Below the pieces are notes generated by a model. The model did no database searches, was not told the origin of the DNA, and was given only the letters and a program-made list of their open reading frames with translations. From positions 62,001 to 126,000 of the forward strand of contig NMRA01000502.1 of assembly GCA_002633005.1 (NCBI GenBank): a stretch of 64,000 nt of DNA. Direction: 5' to 3'. Numbering within the stretch: the first letter of the stretch is position 1; the number at the start of each line of letters is the position of its first letter. The position numbers were made by a program, and so were the translations under genes. Source of the DNA: Phoronis australis (Eukaryota > Animalia > Phoronida). Below are positions 13,083-25,302 of this stretch, one piece after another.

Positions 13083-14352
13083 TTTTTAGTCTGTGTGTCA
13101 GGTTTTGTCTAAATACGTTTGGTTCACCAGTCAGGATGGCAACTATTGACGGGTACCAGGCAACTTACGTTCATAAAATTTTGCACACGTTTTTTTCATG
13201 CATGGAACTACATGAGCGAACTTTTGAACGGATCTGACTACCGGTGTGCCCCCTAGTGGCAATTTAATTTTTTATGTTTACCTCTGTATCTTCAAAGGTC
13301 CTGAACGTAATTTCATAAAATTTGGCGCATAGGCGTCTATTAGTGAGGTGACGCTGTCCTCTCTTTTTTGGGTGGATTCGACGTAATTTGCGCCACCTAG
13401 TGACCATTTTTGCTGTTTTCAAGTTTGTTTTGGCGTCCACCTCTTTATCAAATACACAGCTCTAAGACATGTATGTTTTTATTATGAGGAGGATGGCTGA
13501 CAACGATTTTTCATGCTTTCGACTACTGTGGCACCACCTAGTGGCAGTTTTGTTTTTTTTTGCGCCGGTGGCTGTATCTCTTAAACCGTTTGCATGATCT
13601 TTACTAAATTTAGCAAGTATATTTATATGATGTTGACAACAGATGACGACAACTTTCGGTGTGATATGATTACCGGTGTGCCCTCTAGTGGCAATTTTAG
13701 TTTTCTTTAGTTTATCTCTGTATCTCGGAAGGTCCTTAACCCATTTTCAGAAAGTTTGGGATATATAGGCATTTACATGTATTGGTGAAATGATGCTATC
13801 CTCCCATTTTGGGATGGAATCGAGGTACTTTGCGCCACCTAGTGGCCATTTTTTGCTATTTTTGAGTCTGTTTTTGGCGTCCACCCCTCGAACAACCAAA
13901 CCATTCGAGGATGGTTTTGAAAATTTGCGTATATGTTCCCAGTGTGACGAGGACTTTTGAGACTACTGTGGCGCCTGCTACGGGTAGTTTTGATTTGGTT
14001 TGCGCCCATAGCTATGTACATCTCCTAAACCCACTGCAGGATCTTTATTGAATTTAGTAATTACATTTATATCAAGCTAACAACATACGACGACGTCTTT
14101 CAAGCGAATCTAACGAACGCTGTGCCCCATAGTGGCAATTTCATTTTTTCCGTTTTCCTTTGTTTCTCTGACGTTCCTTGACAGATTTTTATGAAATTTG
14201 GTAAATAACTTTCTTTTAAAAAGCAATGGTATATTCTCGGTTTCAGATGGATTGGACGTTTTCGCGCCATCTAGTGGCCATTTTTATGAAACAAATAAAC
14301 AACCCTAGAAGCACACCGTTTGCGTTGCATTCGTGGGCGCGTTGCTCTTGTT
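13083..14352 (+). mobile_element. Helentron/HINE-like element with internal ~145-bp satellite (3-mer higher-order repeat ~435 bp)
   Basis: Monomer motifs at 13246, 13390, 13531, 13678, 13832, ~13970, 14122 and 14264. The 3' end ..GCACACCGTTTGCGTTGCATTCGTGGGCGCGTTGCTCTTGTT is shared with decayed copies at ~35060-35320 (+) and ~44385-45800 (-). Family assignment is inferred from architecture. Confidence 0.6.
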
Positions 14353-14713
14353 ATCAAACTTTTCCGCTAGACGCTCGTTTCCATAGAAAGAGAAAAGCAC
14401 AAATACACAAAAGTTTGGAGAAAATCCTTCATAATACAAAATATACCGGCAAATTTATTTCGGGTTACAACTGAAATTAATACAAATTTTAAGGATTCTT
14501 AGTTTTTTCGTGCGATTTGGGGACTCAAATTGTAAACGAGGTTTACAGTTTATTAAGTATTTATCCAATTGTTTATTATAATGGCACTGATTCACGAGTA
14601 AAACATAGGAAACCAATTAAACTTGAAAACACAAGTTTGTGAAAATTTTTAAAATTTGAATTAATTTTTATGACATGCGAACGCCATGGAAAGTTTAGAA
14701 AATCGTGTCTTTA

Positions 14714-15137
14714 GGCCTTTTCATAATAACTTAACTCCAGTCTAAGCGGAGCGTTGACGTTAACTGCGAAGTTAACTAAACCGTTCATACTGGCTTCGGA
14801 ATTTAAGGAACATCGAAGTAAACGGCATGTGACGCTGTTGTCATCAAATTAATCGCACGGTAGCACTGCACGCTAATTTTTTTAATGTGACAATTTGGGA
14901 ACATTTACATGTGCTAATTGACATAAAACTTATTTTTAATTCCATAGGTGATTATTCGAGCAAAATTTACGCAACTATTAGCGACTACACTACCCTTAAA
15001 TTGCTGACGATATCACTTGGCACCTGGCGATAACTTCGATGGGGCCGATGTTAACCGTTCATGCTGCACCCGCAGCGTCGACGCTGGGCTGTTAAATACA
15101 CTTGTTAACGCTTGAGTCGAGTATTATTGCAAAAGAG
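14714..15137. mobile_element. MITE-like element
   Basis: Imperfect TIR CTTTTCATAATAACTTAACTC / GAGTCGAGTATTATTGCAAAAG. Confidence 0.4.
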
Positions 15138-15194
15138 AATGCAGATATGTCTTTATTGTTCGACTTAAGAGTACATCTCCATTTGTCTTTCCAG

Positions 15195-15248
15195 TCCTTC
15201 ACGGTGGATAACGTCACGTCCACAATGTTGATGGAGAGGGTCAAGTGA
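15195..15248 (+). CDS. FABP/iLBP-like gene exon 4 (terminal)
   Basis: TCTTTCCAG|SFTVDNVTSTMLMERVK*. The four exons sum to 453 nt (150 aa) with the canonical FABP intron phases 1,0,0. Confidence 0.75.
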   Translation, partial: SFTVDNVTSTMLMERVK

Positions 15249-17884
15249 AGTTCTATTGGATCTAAAGGATACTGAACCCTGTTGTAGTGATTTCAACGCA
15301 TGATTATTTTCAAAAACCACTGTTTTTTCATGATGAAACCATTATTTTTAAATTTTTAAATCCCGCCTGCCCACACATGATAAATCCACAGAGTTAATTG
15401 ATTGCTTCATCAGAAAGATTTACCACGGCTAAGTTGTTTTATTCCACTTAAAAGTGTGCGATTTTAAGATGGACTTTTACATAACACAGCTTGGACTTTA
15501 ATAAGTTGAAACACGGATTAATATCACTTTAAGGATGCGCACTATCTGGTCGAGGTGTACGTGCGGCGTCTGAAAGCTTCTGCAATATTCTATGGCAAAG
15601 GAAATGGTAAAGATGAATTTCCCCCATTAGTGTTGGCTTTAACTGACACTATCGATTGTTTAATTGTGAACATAACTGAGAAATATTTCAAAACAAGACT
15701 TTAGATATGATGCATCAACATACTGTATCTAGTGTGAATTAGACTGCAGTTGACAAACTGGATAAGTCGGCGAATTGTCATAGTCATGAAAATTCACGAA
15801 GCATCGCTGAACCAATACAGTTTAATGGAATGACATTACACCAGCATTTGTAAAAAAGTTCATCCGAGAGATTGTGATATCTCTTACAGTGTGGCAAGTT
15901 ATTGTTAGTCATGTTTTGTGGATTGTACATTTGTTTCGCAAAATGAAACTTACCAATTTACCAGGAAGTGAGAGTGCTCGCTGCTTGAGTTTCCCGAGAC
16001 ATTGCGGCATTGTTTGGTAATGGCGATAACTAAATAAATAGATTTCTAGACTCCCTTGTTACCTTATGGTGTAGCCACCACGCACGTTCATTAACATAAG
16101 CCTCTTCTAATCGTCTGCACGATCCTGTCATCTACGCAAACACCACTCGTGCGGAGTTGGCCGGGTACGATGATTAAATGACACGCTTTAATTTGAATTA
16201 GAGTCACGTTAAAAATTATTACTAACTTAGTTATCATTGCAGTTAGTATAATTTAGTTATCATTGTAGTTAGAAGTACCAGTAGCTTCAACAATTTGTGT
16301 TGCTGTTGTCCTATGTCCTATGTCCTTTCTCTAACGCATAGGCTGGGGCTGGACCTTTTCCCCGGCCTTTGATACAACACTGTACCGGTCCAACCGACAT
16401 ATTTCCCTCACACCATACAGGTAGCGTTTCGAAGGCTAATCTGTAACAATTAAGAAATTAAGAACATACGTAGTAGTAGGCAACTGTGATAAGGCAATGT
16501 CAACGCTACATTAACATTTTATCTGTACATGTATCTGAGGACGAGTTGTAAAATGTTCCGCCATAATTGACCCAGTTAAAGTAGTTATACTTAACAGGAC
16601 AAATTTATACAATTTTCTGCTATCTTCTTCTTATCAGAAGTATTTGGCAGTTTAGTTTATATCTACTTAGTTTTAATATTTTTCCTGGTCTGGGGAAGAA
16701 TTGACAGGTAATTATTTCTTCAGACCAAGGCACACAATTTCAGATCACGCCTTGATCTCAATTTACATGAGATTGGTCTGAAGAAATAACGAATTGTTAA
16801 TTCTTAACAAGCCTATTTTGACCAACAGATAATTAGAGAATTATTTCCTGAAGAATTAAGTATAACAGCTTGGTTTTTGAAAGTTAAGCACGGGTTTAAT
16901 GGCGCCGCAAATGCGTTGTAGTACAAAAGAAGTAGTTGGAATGTTTAACTGGGACTGGTTGCGTCTAAGTGCTTTTGTCAATTTTTTATGTTGCCTGTTG
17001 ATATAATTGGGACGTTACCTACGAACTTTTATTCTTACCTACAGTACAGCCATGCGGAATACTGACCAAACAACCGAGGTCCGCCGGCGGTGAAGTGAGG
17101 TTTATCACTCTTCATATCATTGAGGAATGCCTATGGGAGAGAGGACTCCATCCGGGTGAAGCAGTGATGCTGCACCAGGGGTAATTTCAAGGTCTTTGAT
17201 ATAGCACCCTAAATGAGTGCCAGTGAATTGAGCCTAGCGTGTGCTTTGTTCATGGTCGCGGTGCTGTCTTGACTACAGTTTATCCTTGGTAGTATTTGGT
17301 ACCAGACGATTGTTCTGTCCGGAAATTTGTGTCTGACGCCAGTGATGTCCAACATTACAGCAGCGGAGAGATTGTGTATTAGTACTGTTCCTAAGTGCCG
17401 GTCTCGAATAAACTCTGGATAAAGCCAAAAGCGGCGGGTCTCAAGTAAACGACGGGGAAAAATTTCTAACGACAGTACACTGTTCAGGATAGTCTAGGAC
17501 CTGCTGTTAACTAACCGAAAGTCAACATAACGCGTGGAAATAAATGAATATACATGTATGGGTTACAAGCGTTTCAAACTATGAGTGGCATAATGGTTGT
17601 TTTAAAAACGTATATAACATCCAGAAGCATGTCCCGAATGTAGTGGATAGGGTTGCCAAGGGAAACGAACGCTGTTCAAAACAATGTTTAATTACAAAAA
17701 CATATCAAACATACCATGCAGCTGGTAACAACAGCCAACAACAAGTGAGCGCTGGGTCTGCAAGATTAACTTTGCGAATAAGAGCCGGGTTTCAAACAAG
17801 CGCCGTTTTGGAATTAGCGTCAGGTGAAAATGTTTTCAGAAAAAAATAAGCGCCCGGGCACTAATACATGTACGTGACACTACA

Positions 17885-19834
17885 TTAAGAAGTAGTAGTA
17901 GCAGTAATACATATTATTCACGTTAATACAAATAATACAAGTAATACAAATTAACGCTTATGGAGACTCTGTGAAGGACCCGAAGGGTCCGCTGACCACG
18001 GAGCCACCAAAGAATAAAAATACAGTGTTACAGATAATCAGAATTACAAAATTAGGTGATAATGTAATTTAAAATTGCTTGTAATTATTATCGCAAATAT
18101 TTACACAAAAATCAGTTGGAAATAGAGTACTCAAGTTCATAACTTTCAAAACAAATGTTCTTTATACAGAGGATAACAAATGGGTAAAAAAATTTTGAGA
18201 AACACTTTCAGGAAGGTTATTAATGATATGAGGTAAGGCATTGCGAACTGAATCTTTAGCAAATGACTTAGTACAACGAGTAGTTTGTAGAAGATGTCGT
18301 TGCCTAGTGCAATGTTCACGAACAGACCCACGGGTTATTAAATTGAACGTGATAAAAATGAGGGTAAGTAATTATTAATATATTTATAGAAAAAGTTGGT
18401 AATAGCTGTGTGGTCCTGAATAAGGGATCTGTATGAGCATTTAAATAATTAGAGGCAATAGTGCAAATAAACTTTTTCTGTGATTTGAATATTCTATGAT
18501 GTTCACACCTCCATTGCAAAATGCCATAATTAAAATGAGGAAGGACAAGACTAATACAGTTTTCATAGTTTTAAAGGGTAAGAAATGTTTAATGTTATTA
18601 AGAACACCACAGAATCTGATCTTTCTCAACACATTGTTTATGTGTGGAGTTCATAACAGGTTGCCGTTGGTGGTAACACCAGGTAAATTGAATGAACTAA
18701 CTCTCTCAACTTCAAAGTTATTAAACTTTAAATAAAAATCATCAATTTGATTTTGGGGGTTCATGAAAAACCATGAATTTTCTTTTAGTTGCATTTAACC
18801 AAGACTGAATTTTCTCCAGCTCCCCACAAAAATATGTGACTCATTAACATACAACGTGCGATGAATAATACCATTAATAATAGTGGTATCATCAGCATAA
18901 AGTATGCAGTCAAAGAAACTCGTGCACTTCATAAAATCATTCATATATATGATGAATAATATAAACCCCTGTGGGACACCCCGCTAAATTGGATCTGTGT
19001 TAGATTTTTTGTTATTAATCTGAATATACTAAGCCCGATTAGAGAGGTAGTTTCTCAAAAAACAAGACAAGGGTCGCAACCATAATATAGAAGTTTGTCG
19101 AGTAAAATTGAATGACTTTAAAGAGTCAAAAGCTTTGGAAAGATCAATTAGAATGGACAGAGGTAATTTTTTATTTCACATAGCCTTGACAAATCTATCC
19201 ATAATTTCAACTAAAGCCAGTTTTGTGAGTGCCCCCCGCGAAAACCATATTGGGCAGGATGTAGCAAGCAATTAGATTAAAAATAATTGTAAAGTTGATT
19301 GTAAATAAGTTTTTCAAAAATCTTAGAAAAACAAGGGAGAACAGATATAGGTTTGTAATTATCTAAAAACAACAGACCCTCTTTTTAAAATACATGAATA
19401 CATGTAACCTTGGCAATTTTCATTTTGTCTGGAAAAATTTGTTTGAAAATTGACCTGGTTAAACACAACACAAAATGATTCGCTCAATAGTCTACTTAGA
19501 CATTTTATTATTTTCATGGATACGCAATCATGACCTTAAGTAGGTTTAGCTGGAAAAGAATTAATTACTTTTCTAATGCCAATTGGAGAAATTGGTTCAA
19601 AGTCAAGTCTAGCAGCGGATTCACAATCTAAAAAAGACATGTGACAAGTTTGACGAAGGAGTAGGTACATTAGAAAGTGTGAGGCAATATTACTAAAATA
19701 ATTATTAAAATGATTTGCAATCTTACCCTTGTCATCATTTATATTCAATTTGGTACGATTATTTGAAAAAACATTTTTATTCAATAAATTATTAACTTCT
19801 TTCCAAGTGTCCTTGGGAGAACCAACACGAATCT
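17885..19834 (-). mobile_element. 5'-truncated, decayed CR1/L2-group LINE (reverse transcriptase region)
   Basis: Minus-strand motifs PISVLPCFSKIFEKLIYNQL, QYGFR, IDLSKAFD, GVPQG, FIIYMND and LYADDT, with frameshifts. AT-rich simple-repeat 3' tail near 17900-17950. Confidence 0.9.
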
Positions 19835-20030
19835 TATCAAACATACACTGTACCATGCAGCTGGTAACAACAGTCAACATTAGGTGAGCGCTGGGTCTGC
19901 AAGATTAACTTTGTGAATAAACGCCGGGGTTTAAACAAGCGCCTTTTTGGAATAAGCGTCAAGTGAAAATGTCTTAGAAAATGAACGCCCGGGTGCTAAT
20001 ACGTGACACTCACCCTTTCAAAAAACGTAA

Positions 20031-20263
20031 GAGAGTCTATTAAATGCAAGCCGTTACATGTTTGCAGCTCACTGTAACATATAACTGCAATACGTTATAC
20101 ACCGTAAGACTCTTAGGTATCGCGACTTCACACTTGTTCTCGTAGCTCAAAGAAAAGGCCGTCTCATTGTGGGCTTGTTGAAGAGTGTTACAGTATATAG
20201 CGTATTGTAGTAATATATTACAGTGAGCTGCAAGCATGTAACGGTTTGCATGTAATAGACTCT
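20031..20263. mobile_element. Hairpin MITE; longer copy at 59104-59563
   Basis: ~80-bp TIRs (GAGTCTATTAAATGCAAGCCGTTAC.. / ..GTAACGGTTTGCATGTAATAGACTC). The internal segment is shared, in opposite orientation, with 59216-59285. Confidence 0.85.
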
Positions 20264-21034
20264 TGAATGGTGCTACGGCGTTTGAAACAGATGTGACACT
20301 ACTGTAGATACATGTAGCTTTATTTGAAAAATTCCATGCAAAATATAAAATTAGCAGTTAAATACGCACAACGGCTAATAAAATACTGGCGCAAGACCTT
20401 CATTGTTAGCCGAGTATTACACAGAAATATCTAGCGACTTATGTACACCGTGGTGTATTGATAATTGAGTTAAATAATGTTGCAATGGAGGAGAATGCTG
20501 TTTAGCTGTGCAGTTAACTCTTCTGCTAGTATTATTTACTTTTACGTTAAGTTTGCTAAAACGTGCATTCGAGTATCACGCCAGTCGTTCTATTATGGAA
20601 TGTCAAGTTACAATAAGTACCTAAAGCGTAAATAACACAGCTTATAATGTTACATTAAAAATAACAAAAAAGTCGATTGATTAAATAACCCTGAAATTCT
20701 ATAGACAGGCATTTTGTAAACGCGATTTTGTTATAAGTGATAAAACCTGTTAATTGCTATCTTTAAACATTTTGAGGGTGGCACCTATTGGAAATCAAAC
20801 AGAATGATATTTAACAGCGTCAATTCGTACGGAAGTTTGTTCATTAACGAAGTTACAACAGACGGTGACAATAGCCCTAGTAGACAATGTACCTGAAAGA
20901 TAACCAAAGGTTTCCTGTCACTTTAGCAACGGACAGGGCTGCTTAAAGCGAAATTTTATACGCGCAAATTAAATCTTTTTTACATTCTTGTTCATTTCAG
21001 TTTGCGTTCAGGGTTTCAACGTGGTAATTGGAGC

Positions 21035-21107
21035 ATGGGCTGTCCAAGGACTTTTTTAACAAGACTGTTGTTCCTCGTGATTTTAATTTCGAATTGTTGG
21101 AGTTCAC
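21035..21107 (+). CDS. Secreted double C-type lectin gene A, exon 1 (signal peptide)
   Basis: MGCPRTFLTRLLFLVILISNCWSS has a hydrophobic core; phase-1 donor TCAC|GTACGT. Confidence 0.8.
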
Positions 21108-21880
21108 GTACGTATCATTCTCTTTAGACTTTTAATTACGTCATTGAAAAATTGTTAAAAATTGTGGTAACGTTCAATGAAGAAACGCGTGGTCGTTTTC
21201 AATCGAAATGAAAATAGCCGGCATATCGACATTGTTTTTGAGTGGTTAGAGTTTATTAAAAAAGTATGACTGAATGTAACGTGACTGGTTGGTTTACTAT
21301 TACTAGAAGTACCTTCAAGATGCGAGGGCCGGTTAATCAAAGGTCTTTTACCTGGATTTAACTGAGATTGTCATAAGCACGGGATTTTATTCAAGATTCA
21401 GCACTTTTGTAAAACCGAAATATTGCAACTGTATCGCAGTTTATAACATCCATCTTCACAGATCTGTGTCAGTAAAACGTCATGGTTCTACCGTCAGACC
21501 AGCCATTTGAATGTTAATAAAAGGGACCGCTGTCAGTAGACGTCTTACAGACCCAAAATAAGACCTTAAAAGGTCTTATTTTCAAACCCTGAGGCTGCAT
21601 GTAGTCGCGCGAATACAACGTCATTTTTTCATTTAACCACAGAAAAAATAAAAACCCCGAAATCTCCATGATCCTACTAAACGTATTATAGATACGTATA
21701 AGAAGTATGTTTATGAAACTTGAAAAACAAGATTAGGCTGCCAACAGAGTATATGTACTGATACACATACTATTGTTATCAGCGGTTAAAATTCCATAAC
21801 CAAGATCTTTATTGTGCTTCAAATACTGAAAGGTAAAATATAGCTAGGCAAAATTATTAGCTCTCATTATATATTTGCAG

Positions 21881-22029
21881 CACTATTCACACTTAAGAAA
21901 GGAGACCAGTATATGTTTAGTGAACCAGGCAATGTCAACTACACAGAAGCGCAGACTTATTGTCAGCGAGTTGGCGGTGAACTGCCTTCATCATCGAACC
22001 TAGAGCAAAGCGAATGGATAAGGCAACAG
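21881..22029 (+). CDS. Lectin gene A exon 2 (CTLD1 N-half)
   Basis: TTTGCAG| ... CAG|GTAGAC, phase 1 to 0; LFTLKKGDQYMFSEPGNVNYTEAQTYCQRVGGELPSSSNLEQSEWIRQQ. Confidence 0.9.
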
Positions 22030-24080
22030 GTAGACAATAGTTCAATTATTAAATATTATGAGCATTAGAAACAAAAAATGATCAACATGGGTACCATAAC
22101 AGTAAAAATAAGTTTTGAAAATTCTAACCGCCACGTAGGGGCAGTATGTAAAATTACATTCAGCTACAAACGGCCAGTTGGATGTAGATGCTCGCCCCAT
22201 TACACAATCAGGACAGTAGAAGGGAATGAGATATTGAGTGCACAGAAAAAAATTGTCAAATTCTTACTCTGTGTTCCTCCATTTAATCTCTACGACTTGC
22301 CCCCAACGGCTCATCAACACATTGAAGAACGTCATTTAAAATCAGCAGCAACACTTTTGCAACCACAGTTTGTATGACTCCCTCACGGCTGAAGTGCACG
22401 AGACAAAAACATAATATTCCGAATTTCCAACATTTTGTAGATCATTTTTGCCAAACTGTGTTCCAATTGTAAAAAGATCATAATTTCATCGGTGAAAAGG
22501 TGATTGAAATAAATATTGTCATGGTAAAATGTTACAGTGATACATTTTTATTATTCATACATGTACAAATGAGGCTCATGGCAAAATGTGTTTTCCGCAG
22601 TATTTTTCTTAAAGTTGACTTGGTAACGACTTACTTCTTTGAAGTGTCAGGATATATATAGTATAGGTGTTTTATAAAGGGTAACGAATACTTCACTTTA
22701 TACGAGCAGAAACTTCCAAAAATTTTGTGCACTGAGGGAGCTTTAAGTGTTTTTGTTGTCCACCAATGCTTTTGCTTATCCGCTAGTAACGATTTCTAGC
22801 TAATCGTTTTCGGGCACATAGACCTTCGAACTTACGAGCATTTGAACATGCAAACCTTTGGACGTGAACGCGTTCTGACTTATTTCGGATTAACGAAAAT
22901 TCTAACGTTTGTGTTGAACTTTGGATATTCGGATTTATAGTCCCTGGGATCTTTACGGAAATTTGAGCCTACAAACTTCTGTAAAGCATTTTAAAACGTT
23001 AAGAAAACTGGAAATGCCAGCATTTGTTTTTTAATCCTTCGGATTTGTCATACCTTTGAACTACCAAACTGTACCCAGTGGGGATGAAGTGTGCACGTAG
23101 AGTAAAACGTAATTTCAGTGGTAAAATGTAAACATGTCATCGTTTCTAGAACTGAATACCAAGGTATTACCACATCTTACGCCATGATAGGAGGTTGCTT
23201 TATACATTTAATCTATTAAAGTCAGCCTTGTGTTTCATCGCAACTTTGTTGTGCTGTATAGCCAATAGATGCAGTCCCAGACTCGACCATGAGAATCAGG
23301 TAAAGTTCCACAAGTCTTTCCTGCTCTAATGGGTGTTAGAAAGGGGTTGCAGATTGGAAATTTGGACTGATATAATTGCAAGAAAATGAGTACTTCGGAT
23401 AACGGCACTTCCCCTTCTTCCGTTAACTCACTTGAGACCATTCTATTGATACCACAAAACAAAAATACTCGTACAGATTTACATGTACCATGAGCATTTC
23501 ATTGTTTAACCTCTTCAAGGGTTTGCAGCAAATCAAAGGAAAATTATATAACTGAGAAGTGATAACCTAATACTTTTAGTACAAGTGACAGCACCATATG
23601 TGTTAACATAAGTTTGAAAATTTAAGCAGGAACCAAGGTAACTGTCACTTAAGGGTGTTCCACATTTTGAGAACAAGTTTTTTCCTCTCAATAACTGCCA
23701 TTAAATTCGTTCTCAAAATCTAGGACCTTTGTAAGAGACAAGTACACTGTAAGGCCTAGAACTGCTGGAAGCAGCCATGCAAGAGTAGTTTTGCAGTCCC
23801 ACACGTGTGACTTCTTAATTAATAATACCTCACATTTCATAGTAAACACACCCCTTTTCCAGATAATGAATACTTTATGTAACTACACAAGAAAAAACAA
23901 AAACGTTAATTGCCAGGCAAACGGGACATTTATAGTGTTCTCGTTACGCTCTATCAGGGACCACTGTTGCGACAATTTATTTCAAGTGTTTGGAGACGAT
24001 TTTTGACAGTAGTTATGTTTTCAAGAGTTTTGTTTGTGGTTTTGTCTCCATAAATATGCTGGTAGCCGTTTTACATGTAG

Positions 24081-24171
24081 GTTTTGTTCTTCGGAATGTC
24101 TTATCCAGTCTGGCTAAACCGAAACGACGCACTGGGACTGTTGGCTGGTTTTGCAGCATATGCCAATAACG
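24081..24171 (+). CDS. Lectin gene A exon 3 (CTLD1 middle, VWL in place of WIGL)
   Basis: TGTAG| ... G|GTAAGC, phase 0 to 1; VLFFGMSYPVWLNRNDALGLLAGFAAYANN. Restores the frame between exons 2 and 4. Confidence 0.75.
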
Positions 24172-25302
24172 GTAAGCCAAATAACTCAAACGAAAAAACT
24201 GCGCTAGTATTTGCATACAGAGAGATCTAACGATTCTAGTTGGAAATTAATAAAAGTAAAGTAGTTAAAATTGACATTTTTAATGCCCTTCAGTAGTTTT
24301 CAAAGAAAACTAGATGTACAGGGTGACCGAACTACAACCGGAAAATTAACTGTCATTCCACGATTGCACCAAAAGGTCGACTATAGGGTCCCCGACTCAG
24401 ATCGTGAAAAATTGTATGTTCATATACCCTGCTGAGATATATTGGAAACGTTTATTTCAATACATGTATTTTGGACCAACATAGTGCATTTGATTTTTAG
24501 CTAATTTTAAGGTGCTGTGGAGGCCAGTTTGCTGGTGCAGGTATTTTCAAGTAACATTTCCATAAAATTGCAGTCCGACTAAAAAAAATAAAGAGCATAA
24601 AAACATTGGTGTTTTTGGTTCGTTTCCAAGCAACAGCCGATAGAAATGACATACTGTTGTCCTTGACTACAGGCAGTAGGCACATGTATTTCGTAAAACT
24701 CATGAAGGAGCTTCATTGATTTTTGCAAACATATTTCTGTTGTGATAAAATCGGTCAAAGTCAATTGCTTGATAATTCTGCTGCTGCCGGTCCACTTGTG
24801 GCAGTTTCTAAAACTAGATTTCTTTGGTGAAATGTGAAATTTGGTCGAAATGTTTCTATCCACGACACGATGGAAGATGCATGTTTCCGACAGTTTTAGA
24901 ATTTTGGAAACCATTCATATGTCTAACCTGTTTCCCCCGCCTCCCTTCGTCAGCTGCTAACTGTTGCTGTGGCCTGGTAACGTCCGTGTTATTACCTGAC
25001 AGTCGTATAGATTATAATAAGTCATTTAAATCTACAACTTAAAATATCTACATGTATAGCATATTAAATGTTTAATTGATTCCACCCAAAACTGATTTTG
25101 TCACTTCTTGACACACTAACATCAGCGATAAAATTACCATCTCTTAAAAATATTGGACGCACGTTTTTCAAAGTAACATTCTTGGTAGTTAAGGATTAGA
25201 TCTAGTCAAGTAAATCTGAAGTGATCTCAGTACTAATTCATATGTAAGCCAAAAACATCCTAACAGCCTTTTACCACAATAAATAAATTAGAGTGTACTT
25301 AA

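Noticed and set aside
22941-22980. Alternative exon 3 for lectin A (SLGSLRKFEPTNF)
   Set aside because: Phases fit, but it lacks the Trp motif and has a weaker donor than 24081-24171.
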